The notes beneath the pieces are model-generated. The model searched no databases. It had not been told where the DNA came from and saw nothing but the letters and a program-made list of their open reading frames with translations. Shown here piece after piece: positions 33,929 to 48,938 of a DNA stretch of 64,000 bases. The DNA is taken from NCBI RefSeq assembly GCF_057098645.1, contig NZ_CM169472.1; one strand, 5' to 3'. The position numbers and the translations under genes were made by a program. How positions within the stretch are numbered: position 1 is the first letter of the stretch; the number at the start of each line of letters is the position of its first letter.

Positions 33929-33929
<1 letters not shown>
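33348..33929 (+). CDS. rsxA: Rsx/Rnf ion-translocating oxidoreductase complex subunit A
   Basis: 193-aa polytopic membrane ORF; first gene of the rsxABCDGE cluster. Confidence 0.92.
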
Positions 33930-36818
<2,889 letters not shown>

Positions 36819-37877
36819 ATGGTATTCAGAATAGCTAGCTCCCCTTATACCCATAACCAGCGCCAGACATCGCGCATTATGCTGTTGGTGTTGCTCGCAG
36901 CCGTGCCAGGAATCGCAGCGCAACTGTGGTTTTTTGGTTGGGGTACTCTCGTTCAGATCCTGTTGGCGTCGGTCAGTGCTCTGTTAGCCGAAGCTCTCGT
37001 ACTCAAACTACGCAAACAGTCGGTAGCCGCCACGTTGAAAGATAACTCAGCATTGCTGACAGGCTTATTGCTGGCGGTAAGTATTCCCCCCCTCGCGCCA
37101 TGGTGGATGGTCGTGCTGGGTACGGTGTTTGCGGTGATTATCGCTAAACAGTTATATGGCGGTCTGGGACAAAACCCGTTTAATCCGGCAATGATTGGTT
37201 ATGTGGTCTTACTGATCTCCTTCCCGGTGCAGATGACCAGCTGGTTACCGCCACATGAAATTGCGGTCAACCTCCCTGGTTTTATCGACGCCATACAGGT
37301 TATTTTCAGCGGGCATACCGCCAGTGGTGGTGATATGAACACACTACGCTTAGGTATTGATGGCATTAGTCAGGCGACACCGCTGGATACATTTAAAACC
37401 TCTGTCCGTGCCGGTCATTCGGTTGAACAGATTATGCAATATCCGATCTACAGCGGTATTCTGGCGGGCGCTGGTTGGCAATGGGTAAATCTCGCCTGGC
37501 TGGCTGGCGGCGTGTGGTTGCTATGGCAGAAAGCGATTCGCTGGCATATTCCCCTCAGCTTCTTAGTAACGCTGACGTTATGCGCAACGTTGGGCTGGTT
37601 GTTCTCACCAGAAACACTGGCAGCACCGCAAATTCATCTGCTGTCTGGAGCGACCATGCTCGGCGCATTCTTTATTTTGACTGACCCGGTTACCGCTTCT
37701 ACGACCAATCGTGGTCGTCTTATTTTCGGCGCGCTTGCGGGCTTATTAGTCTGGTTGATCCGCAGTTTCGGCGGCTATCCTGACGGCGTGGCTTTTGCCG
37801 TCCTGCTGGCGAACATCACGGTTCCTCTGATCGATTACTACACGCGTCCGCGCGTCTACGGCCATCGCAAAGGGTAA
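36819..37877 (+). CDS. rsxD: Rsx/Rnf complex subunit D
   Basis: 352-aa polytopic membrane ORF. Confidence 0.92.
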   Translation: MVFRIASSPYTHNQRQTSRIMLLVLLAAVPGIAAQLWFFGWGTLVQILLASVSALLAEALVLKLRKQSVAATLKDNSALLTGLLLAVSIPPLAPWWMVVLGTVFAVIIAKQLYGGLGQNPFNPAMIGYVVLLISFPVQMTSWLPPHEIAVNLPGFIDAIQVIFSGHTASGGDMNTLRLGIDGISQATPLDTFKTSVRAGHSVEQIMQYPIYSGILAGAGWQWVNLAWLAGGVWLLWQKAIRWHIPLSFLVTLTLCATLGWLFSPETLAAPQIHLLSGATMLGAFFILTDPVTASTTNRGRLIFGALAGLLVWLIRSFGGYPDGVAFAVLLANITVPLIDYYTRPRVYGHRKG

Positions 37878-37880
37878 ACC

Positions 37881-38501
37881 ATGCTGAAAACTATCCGAAA
37901 ACACGGCATTACGTTGGCGCTATTTGCAGCGGGTTCAACAGGGTTAACTGCGGCCATCAACCAGATGACCAAAACGACGATTGCTGAACAGGCCAGTCTG
38001 CAACAAAAGGCTTTATTTGATCAGGTGCTGCCAGCCGAACGCTATAACAATGCGCTGGCACAGAGTTGCTATCTGGTAACTGCGCCAGAGTTAGGTAAAG
38101 GTGAGCATCGGGTTTACATCGCCAAACAGGATGACAAACCGGTAGCCGCCGTTCTGGAAGCAACCGCGCCAGATGGCTATTCCGGTGCGATTCAGCTGCT
38201 GGTGGGAGCCGATTTTAACGGCACGGTACTTGGCACGCGCGTGACAGAGCACCACGAAACGCCAGGGCTTGGCGATAAAATCGAACTGCGCCTTTCTGAC
38301 TGGATCACCCATTTTGCGGGTAAAAAAATCAGTGGTGCGGATGATGCGCACTGGGCGGTGAAGAAAGATGGTGGTGATTTCGACCAGTTCACCGGCGCAA
38401 CGATTACTCCCCGCGCGGTGGTTAATGCGGTAAAACGCGCCGGATTGTACGCTCAGACGTTACCGGCACAACTTTCTCAACGTCCTGCCTGTGGAGAATA
38501 A
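37881..38501 (+). CDS. rsxG: Rsx/Rnf complex subunit G (FMN-binding)
   Basis: 206-aa ORF with signal-anchor. Confidence 0.92.
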   Translation: MLKTIRKHGITLALFAAGSTGLTAAINQMTKTTIAEQASLQQKALFDQVLPAERYNNALAQSCYLVTAPELGKGEHRVYIAKQDDKPVAAVLEATAPDGYSGAIQLLVGADFNGTVLGTRVTEHHETPGLGDKIELRLSDWITHFAGKKISGADDAHWAVKKDGGDFDQFTGATITPRAVVNAVKRAGLYAQTLPAQLSQRPACGE

Positions 38502-38504
38502 AGC

Positions 38505-39200
38505 GTGAGCGAAATTAAAGACGTTATTGTTCAGGGGTTGTGGAAAAACAACTCTGCGCTGGTCCAGTTGCTCGGCCTTTGTCCTCTGTTGGCGGTCACG
38601 TCCACTGCCACTAACGCTCTGGGTTTAGGACTTGCGACTACGCTGGTACTGACGCTGACCAACCTGACCATTTCGACGCTGCGTCACTGGACGCCAGCCG
38701 AGATCCGCATTCCCATTTACGTGATGATCATCGCCTCGGTGGTCAGCGCTGTACAGATGCTGATCAACGCCTACGCCTTTGGCCTGTATCAATCATTAGG
38801 GATTTTTATTCCGCTGATTGTCACTAACTGTATCGTTGTGGGCCGCGCTGAAGCCTTCGCCGCCAAAAAAGGTCCGGCGCTTTCGGCACTGGACGGCTTT
38901 TCAATTGGTATGGGCGCAACCTGCGCCATGTTCGTGCTGGGTTCACTACGCGAAATTATCGGCAATGGCACATTGTTTGACGGTGCAGATGCGCTGTTAG
39001 GTAGCTGGGCAAAAGTATTACGCGTGGAGATTTTCCACACCGACTCCCCTTTCCTGCTGGCGATGCTGCCACCAGGTGCATTTATTGGCCTGGGACTGAT
39101 GCTGGCAGGAAAATACCTGATTGATGAAAGAATGAAAAAGCGCCGTACTGAAGCAGCTGCCGAACGTGCATTGCCAAACGGTGAAACAGGGAATGTCTGA
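38505..39200 (+). CDS. rsxE: Rsx/Rnf complex subunit E
   Basis: 231-aa polytopic membrane ORF. Confidence 0.92.
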
Positions 39201-39835
39201 TGAACAAAGCAAAACGCCTGGAGATCCTCACTCGCCTGCGTGAGAACAATCCTCATCCCACCACCGAGCTTAATTTCAGTTCGCCTTTTGAATTGCTGAT
39301 TGCCGTACTGCTTTCCGCTCAGGCGACCGATGTCAGTGTTAATAAGGCGACGGCGAAACTCTACCCGGTGGCGAATACGCCTGCAGCGATGCTTGAACTG
39401 GGCGTTGAAGGGGTGAAAACCTATATCAAAACGATTGGGCTTTATAACAGCAAAGCAGAAAATATCATCAAAACCTGCCGTATCTTACTGGAGCAGCATA
39501 ATGGCGAGGTTCCGGAAGATCGTGCTGCGCTTGAAGCCCTGCCCGGCGTAGGTCGTAAAACAGCCAACGTCGTATTAAACACTGCATTCGGCTGGCCGAC
39601 TATTGCTGTCGACACGCACATTTTCCGCGTTTGTAATCGTACTCAATTTGCGCCGGGGAAAAACGTCGAACAGGTAGAAGAAAAGCTACTGAAAGTGGTT
39701 CCGGCAGAGTTTAAAGTCGACTGCCACCATTGGTTGATCCTGCACGGGCGTTATACCTGCATTGCCCGCAAGCCCCGCTGTGGCTCTTGTATTATTGAAG
39801 ATCTTTGTGAATACAAAGAGAAAGTTGACATCTGA
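39200..39835 (+). CDS. nth: Endonuclease III (DNA glycosylase/AP lyase)
   Basis: 211-aa ORF with HhH motif and a C-terminal 4Fe-4S Cys cluster (CIARKPRCGSCIIEDLC); start overlaps the rsxE stop. Confidence 0.95.
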   Translation: MNKAKRLEILTRLRENNPHPTTELNFSSPFELLIAVLLSAQATDVSVNKATAKLYPVANTPAAMLELGVEGVKTYIKTIGLYNSKAENIIKTCRILLEQHNGEVPEDRAALEALPGVGRKTANVVLNTAFGWPTIAVDTHIFRVCNRTQFAPGKNVEQVEEKLLKVVPAEFKVDCHHWLILHGRYTCIARKPRCGSCIIEDLCEYKEKVDI

Positions 39836-40005
39836 AGAAAAGGGGTAACACCGATTACCCCATTGATAACCTTTCTTTATCCTCTTTTAAAACATCTTTT
39901 TAACGTCAATGATGCCATTGCTTAGCGTTATCATCAGGTAATCCGTTTGCGGATAACCAAAAATGCAGGTTAATTGTTTTTTTAATAGCGAAATTTTCTA
40001 TTCAT

Positions 40006-40023
40006 TCGTGATCAAGATCACGA
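40006..40023. promoter_or_regulatory. 18-bp palindrome TCGTGATCAAGATCACGA (CRP/FNR-like half-sites) in the nth-dtpA intergenic region
   Basis: Read directly: 8-bp inverted arms with a 2-bp spacer; contains GTGA-N6-TCAC. Confidence 0.35.
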
Positions 40024-40445
40024 TGCTGTGGCAATGTAAAAACATTGCAAGAATCAGGTTAAAATCATTTAAATTTACACACGCAACAAATATTGACCTA
40101 CAAAACATTACACTGGCTATTTTTCAGAAACTGGACTATCTCACTAGGAAAAACGCTAAATAGCAGAACATATCGCCGTCAAGCCATCATCCCCCTCTCA
40201 ATGCAGTGAAAAAATCTGCCGTTACGTTTTTTGAAAAATTTAACGCTGGATAACATTTCCCGGAATGGTTGAATTCCCCGCCTCAGTTATATGTAACAGA
40301 TTATTACAAAGGACTTGTCTGAAAGTGCAAGATAGTGAACATTACCTGCCGTTTCCCCTCCCACTATAACAATTGCGCGTATGTTTTTTAGGCATAACGC
40401 GAGAAAGCACCCCCGTTAATATGGGATGTAAAAAAAGAGGTAAAA

Positions 40446-41948
40446 GTGTCCACTGCAAACCAAAAACCAACTGAAAGCGTCAGTTTGAACGCTTTCAAAC
40501 AACCGAAGGCGTTCTATCTCATCTTCTCGATTGAGTTATGGGAACGTTTTGGTTATTACGGCCTACAAGGAATTATGGCTGTTTACCTGGTTAAACAACT
40601 GGGTATGTCTGAAGCGGATTCAATCACCCTTTTCTCTTCCTTTAGTGCCCTGGTTTATGGTCTGGTCGCTATCGGCGGCTGGTTAGGTGACAAGGTACTG
40701 GGTACTAAACGCGTAATTATGCTCGGCGCTATTGTGCTGGCGATTGGTTATGCTCTGGTTGCCTGGTCTGGTCACGACGCCGGTATCGTTTATATGGGTA
40801 TGGCGGCTATTGCGGTCGGTAACGGCCTGTTTAAAGCTAACCCGTCTTCTCTGCTTTCTACATGCTATGAGAAAAACGACCCGCGTCTGGACGGTGCATT
40901 CACCATGTACTACATGTCCGTCAACATCGGCTCTTTCTTCTCTATGATCGCCACCCCGTGGCTGGCCGCGAAATACGGCTGGAGTGTTGCGTTTGCGTTG
41001 AGCGTTGTAGGCCTGCTGATCACTATCGTTAACTTCGCCTTCTGCCAACGCTGGGTTAAACAGTACGGTTCAAAACCAGATTTCGAGCCTATCAACTACC
41101 GTAACCTGCTGCTGACCATTATTGGTGTTGTGGCACTGATCGCTATCGCCACCTGGCTGCTGCACAATCAGGAAGTTGCGCGTATGGCGCTGGGCGTTGT
41201 TGCCTTCGGTATCGTGGTGATCTTCGGTAAAGAAGCCTTCGCGATGAAAGGTGCTGCGCGTCGTAAAATGATCGTTGCCTTCATCCTGATGCTCGAAGCC
41301 ATTATCTTCTTCGTGCTGTACAGCCAGATGCCAACGTCACTGAACTTCTTTGCGATTCGTAACGTTGAACACACCATTCTGGGCCTGGCCGTAGAACCTG
41401 AGCAGTATCAGGCACTGAACCCGTTCTGGATCATCATTGGTAGCCCGATTCTGGCCGCTATCTATAACAAGATGGGCGATACCCTGCCGATGCCAACTAA
41501 GTTTGCAATCGGTATGGTGATGTGTTCTGGTGCGTTCCTGATTCTGCCGCTGGGTGCAAAATTCGCGTCTGACGCAGGTATCGTGTCTGTAAGCTGGCTG
41601 GTCGCAAGCTATGGCCTGCAGAGTATCGGGGAACTGATGATCTCTGGTCTGGGTCTGGCAATGGTTGCTCAACTCGTTCCGCAGCGTCTGATGGGCTTCA
41701 TTATGGGTAGCTGGTTCCTGACCACTGCCGGTGCAAACCTGATTGGTGGTTATGTTGCGGGTATGATGGCTGTGCCGGATAACGTTACCGATCCGCTGAT
41801 GTCACTGGAAGTCTATGGTCGCGTATTCTTGCAGATTGGTGTCGCTACTGCCGTTATTGCAGTACTGATGCTGCTGACCGCGCCGAAACTGCACCGCATG
41901 ACGCAGGATGACGCTGCAGACAAAGCGGCGAAAGCAGCCGTAGCGTAA
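40446..41948 (+). CDS. dtpA: Proton-dependent di-/tripeptide permease (POT family)
   Basis: 500-aa ORF, MFS/POT transporter; GTG start after a good RBS (aagaggtaaaa). Confidence 0.92.
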
Positions 41949-41971
41949 AATTCAGGGAAACTCTTTTACAA

Positions 41972-42003
41972 GTCGCTAACTTTTCGTTAGCGGCTTTTTT
42001 TTG
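41972..42003 (+). terminator. Rho-independent terminator after dtpA
   Basis: Stem cgctaac / gttagcg followed by a run of eight T. Confidence 0.8.
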
Positions 42004-42052
42004 TTCAGCAACGCACTACCATACTTTAAACCACAGACAAAAGGAGTTACCG

Positions 42053-42658
42053 ATGAAATTGTTCTACAAACCGGGCGCCTGCTCTCTCGCTTCCCATATC
42101 ACCCTGCGTGAGAGCGGAAAGGATTTTACGCTCGTCAGTGTGGATTTAATGAAAAAACGTCTCGAAAACGGTGACGATTACTTTGCCGTTAACCCTAAGG
42201 GGCAGGTGCCTGCATTGCTGCTGGACGATGGTACTTTGCTGACGGAAGGCGTTGCGATTATGCAGTATCTTGCCGACAGCGTCCCCGACCGCCAGTTGCT
42301 GGCACCGGTAAACAGTATTTCCCGCTATAAAACCATCGAATGGCTGAATTACATCGCCACCGAGCTGCATAAAGGTTTCACACCTCTGTTTCGCCCTGAT
42401 ACACCGGAAGAGTACAAACCGACAGTTCGCGCGCAACTGGAGAAGAAGCTGCAATATGTGAACGAGGCACTGAAGGATGAGCACTGGATCTGCGGGCAAA
42501 GATTTACAATTGCTGATGCCTATCTGTTTACGGTACTGCGCTGGGCATACGCGGTGAAACTGAATCTGGAAGGGTTAGAGCACATTGCGGCATTTATGCA
42601 ACGTATGGCTGAACGTCCGGAAGTACAAGACGCGCTGTCAGCGGAAGGCTTAAAGTAA
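42053..42658 (+). CDS. gstA: Glutathione S-transferase
   Basis: 201-aa [35 protein letters not shown]... Confidence 0.93.
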
Positions 42659-42665
42659 TAGCCAT

Positions 42666-42689
42666 CGGCCCACAGATCGTTGTGGGCCG
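42666..42689. terminator. Hairpin between convergent gstA and pdxY
   Basis: 9-bp stem cggcccaca / tgtgggccg with a 6-nt loop. Confidence 0.6.
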
Positions 42690-42701
42690 AAATGAGATAT
42701 T

Positions 42702-43565
42702 TCAGAGCTTTGTTGCGCTGAAGTAATGTTCTGGTTTGGCAATACGATCCTGAGCAGCCACCACTTGCAGCTCATATTCCTGCATTGCTTTGGTGGTCAC
42801 CATGATTTCGTAGACTGCAGCGGTCACATGTTCCAGGGCCTCCTGCAGCGTTGCCCCCTGAAGCAGTTTCACCAGCAGTAAACCGCTCGTCACATCACCA
42901 ACACCTACCGGCTGGCGCATACCAAAATCCACCAGTGGCCGGCTGATATGCCAGGCTTCATCGGCGGTGACCAGCAGCATTTCAAAACGGTCACGGCTGT
43001 AGCCAGCTCGCGCCAGGTGTTTAACTAACACAATTTGTGGCCCTTGCGCAATGAGTTCGCGCGCTGCCAGAACCGCTTCTTCGACGTTATTTACCGCATG
43101 CTCACAGAGTATTTCCAGCTCAACCAGATTTGGCGCAATGATATCGCTGGCAGGCAAACCGTGCCGCACATGAAACTCTGCGACACCCGGTGCAACGATA
43201 CAGCCTTTTTCCGGATGACCCATTACCGGATCGCAAAAATATTTCGCCTGCGGATTCGCGGCTTTCACCTGACGGACGATACCGAGAATATGTTCACCCT
43301 GCTCCGCCGATCCCAGATAGCCACTTAATACGGCATCACAGGTGTGTAATTTATCAATGGCGGCAATGCCTTGCACAATTTCGGTTAAATGGCTGGGCGG
43401 CATCACGCAGCCAGTCCATTTGCCGTATTGGGTGTGATTAGAAAATTGAACGGTGTTCAGCGGCCAGACGTTCGCGCCCAGGCGGCGCATCGGAAACTCT
43501 GCCGCACTGTTACCCGCATGACCATAAACAACGTGAGACTGGATAGCGAGAATATTTTTCATCAT
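42702..43565 (-). CDS. pdxY: Pyridoxal kinase 2
   Basis: 287-aa ORF, ribokinase-like fold; downstream of tyrS on the same strand. Confidence 0.92.
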   Translation of the reverse strand: MMKNILAIQSHVVYGHAGNSAAEFPMRRLGANVWPLNTVQFSNHTQYGKWTGCVMPPSHLTEIVQGIAAIDKLHTCDAVLSGYLGSAEQGEHILGIVRQVKAANPQAKYFCDPVMGHPEKGCIVAPGVAEFHVRHGLPASDIIAPNLVELEILCEHAVNNVEEAVLAARELIAQGPQIVLVKHLARAGYSRDRFEMLLVTADEAWHISRPLVDFGMRQPVGVGDVTSGLLLVKLLQGATLQEALEHVTAAVYEIMVTTKAMQEYELQVVAAQDRIAKPEHYFSATKL

Positions 43566-43623
43566 GTTCCCTGTATAAAAACCAGGGGGAGTGATTTCTC
43601 ACTCCCCCTTTCCACTTAATGCA

Positions 43624-44898
43624 TTATTTCCAGCAAATCAGACAGTAATTCTTTTTGCCGCGACGCAGTAAGGTAAAACGACCAAACAGACGATCTTCTT
43701 CTTTAAAGAAGTATTCAGGATCGGACTGTTTTTCACCGTTAATGGTGATGGCATTGGAGGCGATAGTTTTACGCGCCTGACCACGGGAAGGTTGCAGTTC
43801 AGAATCGACCAGCGCCTGCATCAGGTCTGCGCCCTTTTCCATCTCAACCATCGGTACGCCGTCCTGCGCCAGCTGTTCGAAGTCCGCTTCACTCAGCGCA
43901 CTCAAGGAACCGCTGAACAGGCATTCGGTAATACGTTTTGCCGCCTGCAAACCTTCTTCACCGTGAACCAGACGGGTCACCTGCTCCGCCAGTACATACT
44001 GGGCGCGCGGTGCTTTACCGCTGTTTTTATCTTCTTCTTCCAGGGCGTTGATCTCTTCAATGCTCATAAAGGTGAAGAACTTCAGGAAGCGGTAAACGTC
44101 GGCATCCGCAGTGTTGATCCAGAACTGGTAGAATTTGTACGGGCTGGTTTTCTTCGGATCCAACCAGACTGCGCCGCCTTCAGTTTTACCAAATTTGGTG
44201 CCATCTGCTTTGGTGATCAGCGGAACGGTCAGGCCAAACACCTGATTCTGATGCAGACGACGGGTCAGGTCGATACCAGAAGTGATGTTACCCCACTGAT
44301 CAGAACCACCAATTTGCAGCACCACACCGTACTGTTTGTTCAGACAGGCGAAGTCATAACCCTGCAACAGGTTGTAGGAAAACTCAGTGAACGAAATCCC
44401 CTGATCTTCACGGTTGAGACGCTGCTTAACCGCTTCTTTGTTGATCATCTGGTTAACGGAGAAGTGTTTGCCAATATCGCGCAGGAAGGTCAGCACATTC
44501 ATATTGCCGAACCAGTCATAGTTGTTCGCCGCGATAGCAGAGTTTTCTCCACAGTCGAAATCGAGGAACGGGGCAACCTGCTTACGGATTTTGTCCACCC
44601 ACTCCTGAACAGTTTCTTCAGTGTTCAGCTTACGCTCGGCAGCTTTGAAGCTCGGGTCGCCAATCAGACCCGTCGCGCCGCCTACCAGCGCAACCGGCTT
44701 GTGGCCCGCCTGCTGGAAGCGTTTCAGGCATAACAATGGAACAAGATGCCCCAAATGCAAGCTGTCAGCGGTAGGATCGAAGCCGCAATAGAGCGCGATC
44801 GGGCCTTGCGCCAGTCGCTCTGCTAACGCTTCCTCGTCCGTCACCTGGGCTACCAGCCCCCGCTCTTGCAATTGTTTAATCAAGTTACTGCTTGCCAT
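43624..44898 (-). CDS. tyrS: Tyrosyl-tRNA synthetase
   Basis: ORF 43624-44910; start at [15 protein letters not shown] gives 424 aa; class I HIGH motif (HLGH) and KMSKS-type motif (KFGKT). Confidence 0.95.
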
Positions 44899-45026
44899 CA
44901 AAATCTCCATGTATATAACGACTGCACCTTTGCCGGTACACGACTTTTCGCCAGATGCGAAAGAGACATAGAATAAAGTGCCAGAATCAGGAGTACCAGC
45001 GATTAAAGCAAGATTTTTGCATCTTT

Positions 45027-45683
45027 TCAGGGTGCAAGACGATCAATCTTCCACGCATCATTTTCACGCTGGTACAAAAAGCGGTCATGCAGGCGATGCT
45101 CACCCCCCTGCCAGAACTCAATCTGTTCAAGGCTGACGCGAAAACCGCCCCAAAAGCTCGGCAATGGCACTTCGCCCTGTTGAAACTTCTGCTTCAGCTC
45201 CAGGAATTTACTTTCAAGGATACCGCGGGCAGAAATGCGACTGGACTGCTTCGAAACCCATGCACCAATCTGGCTATCACGCGGGCGGCTATGAAAATAT
45301 TTCATCACTTCGAGAGTCGAAAGTCGTTCCGCTTTACCGATCACCATCACCTGGCGCTCAAGGGTATGCCACGGGAACAGCAGGCTAACGCGCGGATTAT
45401 TTTCGATTTGATGTGCTTTACGGCTGCCGAGGTTGGTGTAAAACACCATGCCTTTTTCGTCGTAATGTTTGAGTAAAACGATGCGCTGATAAGGCTGACC
45501 ATGTTCATCCACGGTAGCGACCACCATCGCGGTAGGGTCCGCCAGTTTGGCTTCACAAGCCTGAGAGAGCCAGCGTTCAAAAAGGGTTAATGGATCGGCA
45601 GGAAGATCGCGGCGGCGTAACCCGCCTTTGGTGTATTCACGGCGCAGATGCGCGATTTGCTGCAATTCGTCGTTATCAGACAT
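45027..45683 (-). CDS. pdxH: Pyridoxine/pyridoxamine 5'-phosphate oxidase
   Basis: 218-aa ORF, FMN-binding split-barrel. Confidence 0.93.
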
Positions 45684-45741
45684 GGTTTTCTTTACGGATT
45701 GTCAGTGGGTGACGCTATTGTGCGCCGCCCCTGGAAAAATC

Positions 45742-46071
45742 TCAACGCTGTGGATTTTGTAACTGACAGTTATTCAATACGATGCGGTCGCGTTTATAGA
45801 CAGTCGCTTCATCGCCTTTCGACCAGAAAACATAGATTCCGTCAGTGTAACGCGCGCCAGAGGCTGAAATGCCCTGTTTGAGATGCAGTAGTTGATTATC
45901 GTAAACAAAACTGACCTCCTGGCGCGGATTATTCAGTTTGACCGTCAACGGTTTTTCATCACACTGGTATTCCAGCGTATCGGTTTGCATGCGCTCAACC
46001 AGCTGATTGAACGCGCTACAGCCGGTGAGAAGCACCGGCAAACAGATCAGTAACAGTTTTTTCATAGACAT
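45742..46071 (-). CDS. mliC: Membrane-bound lysozyme inhibitor of C-type lysozyme (lipoprotein)
   Basis: 109-aa ORF with a lipoprotein signal peptide and lipobox (LTGC). Confidence 0.88.
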   Translation of the reverse strand: MSMKKLLLICLPVLLTGCSAFNQLVERMQTDTLEYQCDEKPLTVKLNNPRQEVSFVYDNQLLHLKQGISASGARYTDGIYVFWSKGDEATVYKRDRIVLNNCQLQNPQR

Positions 46072-46168
46072 ATCCCGAAGACTTTCCTGGTCTGGAGGGC
46101 AATACGCCCACCCTAACGTTCCAAGTGTAACGGCAGACGCGGTAAGAAAAATTCAGTTAACTCTGATA

Positions 46169-47278
46169 TCACGGGTTAGCGGGGAAAATAGCCCCGAGTA
46201 CCGTCTCCTGGCTTGCGCCAGTGACGGAAGGCAGATTTCCTGGTAATCCCGCCAGCGTACGCCAGGCAAGCCAGGCGAAAGCCAATGCTTCCATGTCATC
46301 GCCACTAATGCCAACGGCATCGGTGGTGGTGACTTCTGTGCCTGGCAGTAATGCCGCCAGACGCGCCATGAGTAGCGGATTACGACTTCCTCCACCACAT
46401 ACCAGCAATCGTTCACAGCCACCGCTCAACAAAACTTGTTCAGAAATGGTCACGGCGGTGAGTTCTGCCAGTGTGGCCTGCACATCACGGGGATCAACAC
46501 CCGGAAAATGGCGCAAATGGCGCTCCAGCCAGCCATAGTTAAAGTATTCGCGTCCGGTGCTTTTCGGTGCGGGTTGCGAGAAATACGGGTCGCTGAGCAT
46601 ATTTTGCAGTAGTGGGAGAATAACTTTACCCGCCCGTGCCCACTCGGCATCTTTATCGTAAGGTTTACCGGCCTGACGCCAGATCCAGGCATCCATCAGC
46701 ATGTTACCAGGACCGGTATCGTAGCCCCCAACCGGCTGCCCAGGAATGAGCAGTGACAGATTGGCGATGCCGCCAATATTGAGCACCATTCGTCGCTCGG
46801 TTGGGTGAGCCAGCAAGGCATGATGGAACGCAGGTACCAGCGGTGCGCCTTGTCCTCCCAAGGCAATATCGCGACGGCGAAAATCACCGACAACCGTAAT
46901 TCCGGTGCGTGCCACAATTTGATTATTATCGCCAATCTGTAAAGTGTGTGGTGCCACGCCCGTCGGTTCATGCCAGACGGTTTGACCGTGACAGCCGATC
47001 GCAACTATATCTCTCGCCTGCAGGTTTTGTTCCTTAAGCAAGGCATTGACCGCATCAGCAAAAAGTCGCCCGAGTTGAGTATCAAGCTGTCCAAACTGCG
47101 AAAGTGTAAGCTGCTGGCCCTGGCAAATATCCAGTACAGCCTGTTTCAGAGACACCGGGATCGGCCAGCTCAAACTTGCCAGCTGTGCGACCCGGTGTTC
47201 ATCAATTGTCGCCAACACAACATCAACACCATCAAGGCTGGTGCCTGACATAACGCCAATAAAGCGGCCCGATTTCAT
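46169..47278 (-). CDS. anmK: Anhydro-N-acetylmuramic acid kinase
   Basis: 369-aa [26 protein letters not shown]... Confidence 0.92.
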   Translation of the reverse strand: MKSGRFIGVMSGTSLDGVDVVLATIDEHRVAQLASLSWPIPVSLKQAVLDICQGQQLTLSQFGQLDTQLGRLFADAVNALLKEQNLQARDIVAIGCHGQTVWHEPTGVAPHTLQIGDNNQIVARTGITVVGDFRRRDIALGGQGAPLVPAFHHALLAHPTERRMVLNIGGIANLSLLIPGQPVGGYDTGPGNMLMDAWIWRQAGKPYDKDAEWARAGKVILPLLQNMLSDPYFSQPAPKSTGREYFNYGWLERHLRHFPGVDPRDVQATLAELTAVTISEQVLLSGGCERLLVCGGGSRNPLLMARLAALLPGTEVTTTDAVGISGDDMEALAFAWLAWRTLAGLPGNLPSVTGASQETVLGAIFPANP

Positions 47279-47551
47279 AGTTCATCCTTTTTCAATCTGA
47301 CGTTTGCGCACCACTCAAACATAAACTTTTCGTGAATACCATGCGGAATGACCGATTTTTACCGTTGGTAGTAAAACATTATCTTCAAATCAATAATCAT
47401 CATGAATGTTTTGTTTATAATTGGTTGATCCTACTTTCATTATGATTTGCTCATATTTGGTAGAACATGTAACCATGGATTCACATATGCCATATACTTT
47501 GACCATGAGGGATGCTTGCGTGGCGTTTCATGGTAAACAGGAGATTTTTCA

Positions 47552-48019
47552 ATGATTAAACGCGTATTGGTTGTTTCAATGGTAGGTCTGTCTCTTGTCG
47601 GTTGTGTTAATAACGACACCCTGTCAGGGGATGTTTATACCGCTTCTGAAGCGAAACAAGTACAGAATGTCAGCTATGGCACCATCGTTAACGTACGTCC
47701 GGTACAGATTCAGGGCGGTGATGATTCCAACGTGATCGGTGCAATTGGCGGTGCTGTTCTTGGTGGTTTCCTGGGAAATACTGTTGGTGGCGGAACCGGG
47801 CGTTCTCTGGCTACTGCAGCAGGCGCTGTTGCAGGTGGCGTAGCCGGTCAGGGCGTACAGAGTGCAATGAACAAAACGCAGGGTGTCGAGCTGGAAATTC
47901 GTAAAGACGATGGTAATACCATCATGGTGGTACAGAAACAAGGCAACACTCGTTTCTCTCCGGGCCAACGTGTCGTACTGGCCAGCAATGGCAGTCAGGT
48001 GACCGTTTCTCCGCGCTAA
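47552..48019 (+). CDS. slyB: Outer-membrane lipoprotein SlyB (glycine-zipper)
   Basis: 155-aa ORF with lipobox (LVGC) and a Gly-rich zipper. Confidence 0.92.
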   Translation: MIKRVLVVSMVGLSLVGCVNNDTLSGDVYTASEAKQVQNVSYGTIVNVRPVQIQGGDDSNVIGAIGGAVLGGFLGNTVGGGTGRSLATAAGAVAGGVAGQGVQSAMNKTQGVELEIRKDDGNTIMVVQKQGNTRFSPGQRVVLASNGSQVTVSPR

Positions 48020-48026
48020 ATAGTTT

Positions 48027-48054
48027 GCGTGTGGTCAGGTTACTGACCACACGC
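48027..48054. terminator. Bidirectional hairpin between convergent slyB and slyA
   Basis: 12-bp stem gcgtgtggtcag / ctgaccacacgc with loop gtta. Confidence 0.75.
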
Positions 48055-48064
48055 CCCCTTCATT

Positions 48065-48505
48065 TCACCCTTTGGCCTGTAACTCAATGATATTATACTC
48101 AAGTTTTGCGATGAGCGTAATCAGTTGTTCCAGTTCCTCTGCGGAGATGCCATGTAAAATTTCCGCGCGGGTTTTGTTAATAACAGCTTCCATTTCGCTG
48201 ATCAGCGGCTCTGCCTTTTCCGTCAGTTTAATACGTTTAGCCCGACGATCGCTGGCACAAGTTTGACGCGAAATTAACCCTTTTTCTTCCAGTTGGTCCA
48301 GAGTACGGACCAGTGATGGCTGCTCGATGCCAATCGCTTTTGCCAGTTGAATTTGCGACTGGTCTGGAGGTAACTGATGGATATTGTGTAACGTAACCCA
48401 ATGGGTTTGTGTTAACTCCAGCGGTTTCAGGCGATGGTCTATCAGAGCACGCCATATGCGCACCAACCGTGCCAGATCAGAACCTAGTGGCGATTCCAAT
48501 TTCAT
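48065..48505 (-). CDS. slyA: MarR-family transcriptional regulator SlyA
   Basis: 146-aa ORF with a winged-helix region; the annotated K-12 start may be 2 codons downstream. Confidence 0.92.
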   Translation of the reverse strand: MKLESPLGSDLARLVRIWRALIDHRLKPLELTQTHWVTLHNIHQLPPDQSQIQLAKAIGIEQPSLVRTLDQLEEKGLISRQTCASDRRAKRIKLTEKAEPLISEMEAVINKTRAEILHGISAEELEQLITLIAKLEYNIIELQAKG

Positions 48506-48699
48506 CTCCTTATAATTAGCTTGCTAAGATATTATGCGGCTTTTAGAATAGTGTGCAGCAATTGTATTGCTAAAACAAATGTATTGCTGCATTTGGTTAC
48601 CGTCAGACATATTTTTCAGAAATTGCGCGTAAATTTTTCGCACTTAAAGAATATTTATTAATCTAACGCAATATATTCGGTCGTAAAGGAATCTACTTT

Positions 48700-48936
48700 G
48701 TGAAGTTTATGCTCAATGCAACAGGATTGCCCTTACAAGATCTGGTGTTCGGTGCGTCCGTCTACTTTCCTCCGTTTTTCAAAGCCTTCGCGTTTGGATT
48801 CGTCATCTGGCTTGTCGTACACCGCCTGCTTCGTGGCTGGATCTACGCCGGTGACATCTGGCATCCCTTATTAATGGATTTATCGCTGTTTGCGATTTGC
48901 GTTTGCCTTGCTCTGGCAATACTGATTGCGTGGTAA
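48700..48936 (+). CDS. ydhI: Small membrane protein YdhI (DUF1656)
   Basis: 78-aa hydrophobic ORF immediately upstream of ydhJ. Confidence 0.8.
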
Positions 48937-48938
48937 CT

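Noticed and set aside
39963-40163. 66-aa ORF in the nth-dtpA intergenic region
   Set aside because: Very AT-rich, low-complexity translation, no Shine-Dalgarno sequence; the region is better treated as regulatory.
43792-44733. 313-aa plus-strand ORF antisense to tyrS, and similar shadow ORFs inside pntB, pntA, fumA, uidA (22915-23529), lhr, malX and ydhK
   Set aside because: Each is fully embedded antisense or out of frame within a strongly supported conserved gene; they are typical shadow ORFs.
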